A stretch of DNA of 63,082 nt, the filler included, from Octopus bimaculoides (Eukaryota): NCBI RefSeq assembly GCF_001194135.2. It is 3 parts of 3 records of this genome, joined end to end, with 100 filler letters (N's around TTAATTAATTAA, not from the genome) between each part and the next. Parts side by side here need not be neighbours in the genome. Positions count along the whole stretch, not along the records: positions 56,285 to 63,082 come from NC_068997.1; 2 more parts are not named here. The stretch is one strand, 5' to 3'. Position 1 is the first letter of the stretch, and each line of letters opens with the position of its first letter. Below the pieces are notes generated by a model. That model saw only the letters and a program-made list of their open reading frames with translations. It did not search any database and was not told the DNA's origin. The position numbers were made by a program, and so were the translations under genes. Positions 62,356-63,082 of this stretch are shown one piece after another.

Positions 62356-63002
62356 TCGTAATAAGACAACCATGTCTGCACCTAGGCAGGTACCTTCAGA
62401 TTACTAGAAATAGTTGCCATATACCCTTCAAATTACATTATATTAGGAATACAGGGACGACTTGTGTAATGAGAGTGTAGATTCAAAATGTCTGCCTAGA
62501 AAAAAAAGGGGATAGTTGCGGCTGAAATAACTTTGATCATAGTTACATGCGATCAGAGCTCAGACCCACCCTGTCTCCCACGTAAGCACACACACACACA
62601 CACATACACATACATGCACACACATAAAAAAACAACAATATCAGGAACAACAACAACTACAATTACAACAACTGCTTATAGGTACTAATCTAATACAAAG
62701 GTCGAACCGATCAAGTACTGAGTATCGATAAGACAAGTTTATGCATACGCGCCCCACCCCTTACTTTGTCTCAGTCAGAGATCAATGTCTACAATCACTA
62801 GTGTGTGTCTAATGAAATACAAGGAGAAAGGGAGAGAGTGGGAAAGAGAGAAGGGAGAGAGAACTAGCTAGCGTTATATGCATACACTTGCACACATGTA
62901 CAAAAATATATGCACGCATATACACGCATATGTATACAAACACACATACATGCGTGTATACACGCATATATATTTATATATATGCATGTATATATTCTTA
63001 TA

Positions 63003-63050
63003 TTCTTTTACTTGTTCCAGTCGTTTGACTGCGGCTATGCTGGGGCACCG

Positions 63051-63051
<1 letters not shown>
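63003..63051 (-). mobile_element. SINE family A 3' tail
   Basis: TTCTTTTACTTGTTCCAGTCGTTTGACTGCGGCTATGCTGGGGCACCGC. Confidence 0.8.

Positions 63052-63082
<31 letters not shown>

Overview
AT-rich (~35% GC by eye), microsatellite-dense animal genomic DNA with many N gaps. The SINE families and simple-repeat load point to an octopus/coleoid cephalopod genome (inference from recognised repeat sequences). No prokaryotic features (no operon, CRISPR, rRNA or true tRNA). Most long ORFs in the supplied track are N-gap or microsatellite artefacts. Recognisable content is decayed transposons: several Dong/R4-type restriction-like-endonuclease (RLE) LINE fragments next to (AAT)n, Tx1/L1-clade fragments including an apparently ORF1-only element, a Penelope-like element (RT + GIY-YIG), a TIR-bounded Tc1 DD34E element, an RTE fragment and many tRNA-derived SINEs. 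Between them I found five small minus-strand exon candidates with mutually compatible phases (59916-59960, 58038-58077, 57722-57820, 29374-29460, 7923-8003). They splice into one open frame ending ...RKRSILVTHEADHGALVSRHQLRRNSCFDLDCMYGVFPPL; I do not recognise the protein. The most striking structure is a 24-bp exon-intron duplex over the RRNSCFD codons of the last exon, the architecture of an ADAR editing-complementary sequence. Several hammerhead-ribozyme-like cores lie in Penelope-type repeats. The gene model, splice calls and RNA structures are manual predictions and are unverified; TE boundaries are approximate unless TIR/TSD are stated.
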